A stretch of 64,000 bases of DNA from assembly GCF_018977255.1 (NCBI RefSeq), contig NW_024704742.1:74526001-74590000 (forward strand), given 5' to 3'. Every line of letters begins with the position of its first letter. Positions within the stretch are counted from its first letter, which is position 1. Below are positions 60,783 through 64,000 of the stretch, one piece after another. A program made the position numbers and the translations under genes. This DNA comes from Callorhinchus milii. Taxonomy: Eukaryota. The notes beneath the pieces are model-generated. The model searched no databases. It worked only from the letters and a program-made list of their open reading frames with translations, and was not told where the DNA came from.

Positions 60783-60949
60783 GACTTAATGATTCAAGGA
60801 CTTAACAGATACATTGCTGGGCTTTGGCAGAAGGACTCTCTGTTCAAGATGCATTGCTTTTAAAGGAACCCTCCTACCCTCCCTGCCCTCCACTCTTCCT
60901 TACCGTAATCATCTTCACTATCTATTCACCTGCCCTCCTCTTGATCCCA

Positions 60950-61085
60950 TATGATTGACTTTAGCCACAGGTCTTGTGTGGTACTTGGTCAAAAGCCTTC
61001 TGAAAATCCATGCACGGCACATATACTGCATATCCCTCATTTAACTATTTGTGTTACCCCTACACGAAAACTCTATTAGATTTGT
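60950..61085 (-). mobile_element. CR1 RT remnant
   Basis: gtacttggtcaaaagccttctgaaaatccatgcac (MDFQKAFDQV on minus). Confidence 0.78.
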
Positions 61086-61759
61086 ATGTTTCTTTACATA
61101 TTATAAACATTGTTACATATATATAGATAGCCATGTATAATAAAAGCTGTTTAATTGCAGGACAATCCATTAGGTTGGACCAGAGAGCATATGGAGTGTA
61201 GTCAAGAGCGTGTGAATACTTTAATAATGCACTTTAAGCTGAACTTGTGGAGCATGAAAATAATTCAGTTTTATAGCACAAAATATAAAAGGAAATCATT
61301 AGAATGCCAACTTAAGATTGAACTGCAGGGCTATGAGGTATTATTACCTTATGCTGTTAAGGAAATTTGCCTCATCAACACATTTCATTGAGCTGAGTTG
61401 ACAGGTGAAATGTGGTGAAGTTTCAGCTGAATTTTCCAGTAACTTCTTTACTACCATCAAGACTCAGTTATCTATTAAATTCTATAATGTAATTTCCAAT
61501 TTCCACCTTTTGATAAAACTATTGTATTGCATAGGGTTACTAGTACAAAAGTGCTTTTTCAGATGACCATATTTTAATCCTCTTTAATGTCTGGCGTCCT
61601 GTTTTGATACTTGCATCAGATAAAGTTAGGGTTTAGTCAGTTTAATTATAGCTTGTCACACAGAGTCTAACATTGAATATGACACTAAAATTTACTGTTT
61701 AATTCACTTTTTTCAGCATAGCAATTTTTTTTAAAAGGTGATTTGAATTTCATTGGTAA

Positions 61760-62020
61760 GATCTGCCTGTTCAGGTAGAACTTAAGGATCCCATGGCACT
61801 ATTTGAAAAGAGAAGGGAGCTTCACCCGATGTCCTGGGCAACAATCCCTCAAATAAAATTGGTCACCCATTCCATGACTGTTTGTGGGACATTGCTGTGC
61901 GCAAATGGTTGCTGTGTTTCGCCCACAAAATACAGTCACTTGTCCTGTGAAGGGCTTTAAGATATCTCAATTACATGAAAAGGCACTATATTAAATGCAA
62001 GGATTATTATTATTATTATT
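61760..62020 (+). mobile_element. Deu SINE with SacSINE1-like body and (TTA)n tail
   Basis: ggatcccatggcactatttg..tgtttgtgggacattgctgtgcgcaaatgg..aaatgcaaggattattatt. Confidence 0.82.
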
Positions 62021-62084
62021 TTAACCGGATTGAGATCCTTGTGGGAATCAGCACAGCATTGTGGAAATGTGCACCAGGGTTATA

Positions 62085-62692
62085 ATATTATAGAATTCTT
62101 GCATTTGATATAGCGTTTTATTACATCTTCGAGATGTCTTAAAGCACTTCACAGAATATACTGCAAAGTGAATTGACTATATCCTGTGGACGAAACGCAG
62201 CAGCCAATTGCGCAAAGCAGTCGTGAATTGAGCAAATTATTTTTATTTATTTTGAAGGAATTATTACCTCCGGAAAAGCGATCTGCCAATACTTACTGTT
62301 AGGTAAGCAGAGGCGTGTGGAGTATGGAAACTTTTCGCTCTGCTGGGAATCGAACCCAGGTCCTCTCGCTTGCGAGGCGAGTGCTATAATAATAATAATC
62401 CTTGCATTTGATATAGCGCTTTTCACGTCTTCTCGACATCTCAAAGTGCTTCACAGAATAGACTGTAAAGTGAAGTGACTGTATATTTGTGGGAGAAACA
62501 CAGCAGCCAATTGTGCACAGCAGTGTCCCACAAACAGTCGTGGATTGAAAATGACCAATTTATTATTGTTTTGTTTTGGAGGGATTATTATTAGGCGTGT
62601 GGAGTAAGGAAACTTTTTGCTCTGCCTGGAATTGAACCCAGGTGTCTCGCTTGCAAGGCAAGTGCTCTAACTACTGAGCTGCAGGACTCCAC
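62085..62692 (-). mobile_element. Two tandem tRNA/Deu SINEs (long-type 62085-62385, short-type 62386-62692)
   Basis: The second copy's (TTA)n tail abuts the truncated tRNA head of the first at gagtgcta|taataat. Confidence 0.92.
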
Positions 62693-63879
62693 AGGTTTTT
62701 GCTAATCGGAGCCATGGAAGTATAGAAGAAAACTTCATACATTTTTATAGATTTCTTCATACATTTTGCCACATTTTCTTTAAAGTGAAATGCACAGTCA
62801 GAGGATATAATTAGAACAAATTGAATATTAAACCCCATGGCTCAAATTTGCCCAATTCAGGTCATTTTCTGTTCAATGTTGAATTGAAATAATTTGTTTA
62901 TTTGCAACAGTCAATTGGAATGGTTCATTCTGTTGCAAAGAAACACATTGGTCCCCACTTCTGTAGTTTTTCTTATTTCGAAACTTGGAATATTATGGTT
63001 TAGTAAGGAGATGAGCAATTTTTAACACTGTAGGCAGAGATATAAAGTTGCTGGAATAAAATCAAAATTTGTTTTTGGAGAGAGCCTCTAATTTACAGAC
63101 CCAACAAACACTAGCCACTGGGAGAAAAGTGGCAAGTCTGCAAGCCATTACTATGCACTGCAATTATTCAAGAAACTAGGAAGTCTCAGCATTTTGCATT
63201 CAAGCTAAATTTACACTATTAGAGAGTGATTCACTGCCACGACATTGCACATTCTGGCGGGATTTTGGAATGCAGTTGCAGAGCAGGGACACCGTGGCTA
63301 AAGACTGACTCACGATGGTTGGTGGACAGGGGCGAGGTGAAGCAGGCTGGAGATTGCTGAATGGAGGGAGCAGCCTGGGTCACAGAAACAAAATGAACAT
63401 TTGTACATATTGTACTATATAAAGGTGCAAGCCACCTACAAATGTTTAGGATCCATTACCAGATGCATCAGAAAGATATGGACAACATTTGACAAAGCCT
63501 AGATTTGATACTGTCCACCTAACAAATCTATTTATCAAATTTTACAGCTTGTCTCAGAGTGGAACCTTTTTAATGGCACATCTGGATCTAAACTAAGCAC
63601 TTAAATCTTTAGCTAGTTCCATGGAATTAAAATGCATTTCAAAGCATTAGACTAGCTTAAGCAGAAAATACCATGGGGAAAGCCAATTGGAAACATTTAA
63701 TTTTTAATCTTAATACTTTTATTCCTGAAACTTCAGCTTGCACAGGGAGCTAGAATATTTCAATAGTCCATTTATCAATTTAAATTCTAAAACAATCTAC
63801 AAAATAACAAAGATTTTATCTTTACAGTACAAGAAAAAAGATACAAGCATAAAACAATACAGATAGTATAATTCGTTCA

Positions 63880-64000
63880 AACCCCGCATCCACTCTGACT
63901 GCTCAGCTTCCGCAACATTCCCTGCCGCCTCCTCCACCACCATCTCTTCCCTCAGGCAACTGAGCCCCTCATCCATGCTTTTACTATGCCAGTGCTCAGC
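63880..64000 (+). mobile_element. L2 fragment running off the window
   Basis: ttccgcaacatt..cgcctcc..ctcatccatgctttt (RNI..LIHAF-like). Confidence 0.6.

Noticed and set aside
1..64000. CRISPR array or prokaryotic operon-type system
   Set aside because: Repeats are dispersed retroelements and microsatellites; there is no repeat-spacer periodicity or dense gene organisation

Overview
Repeat-dense, largely non-coding vertebrate DNA. The repeat complement points to a cartilaginous fish, most likely a holocephalan/chimaera (inference): dominant L2 LINEs, tRNA-Ala-headed Deu-domain SINEs with L2-type tails, older SacSINE1-like SINEs, shark-type Penelope-like elements, CR1 remnants and an LF-SINE-like relic. 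Roughly half of the window is recognisable retroelement sequence. It includes two L2 families distinguished by their 3' stem-loops, one near-full-length single-ORF-type L2 (4200-6970, -) and a 3 kb L2 nested inside another (16964-19910, -). About 30 SINE copies fall into several subtypes. A Penelope-like cluster (12.5-15.9 kb) carries a GIY-YIG domain, inverted ends and decayed hammerhead ribozymes. There is also a probable solo LTR, an R4/Dong-type fragment and an RT fragment of a different LINE clade. I could not identify a host gene with confidence. The best candidate is a CpG-rich open exon on the minus strand at 47024-47453, with a weaker one at 43950-44018. The most interesting signal is apparent SINE/LINE tail co-evolution: the least-diverged SINE copies carry the same CTCCC 3' loop as the local L2-A family, whereas other copies carry TAGAA/TTGAA-type loops. 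No CRISPR, rRNA or bona fide tRNA gene is supported. Element boundaries were estimated by eye and are approximate unless a junction is quoted.
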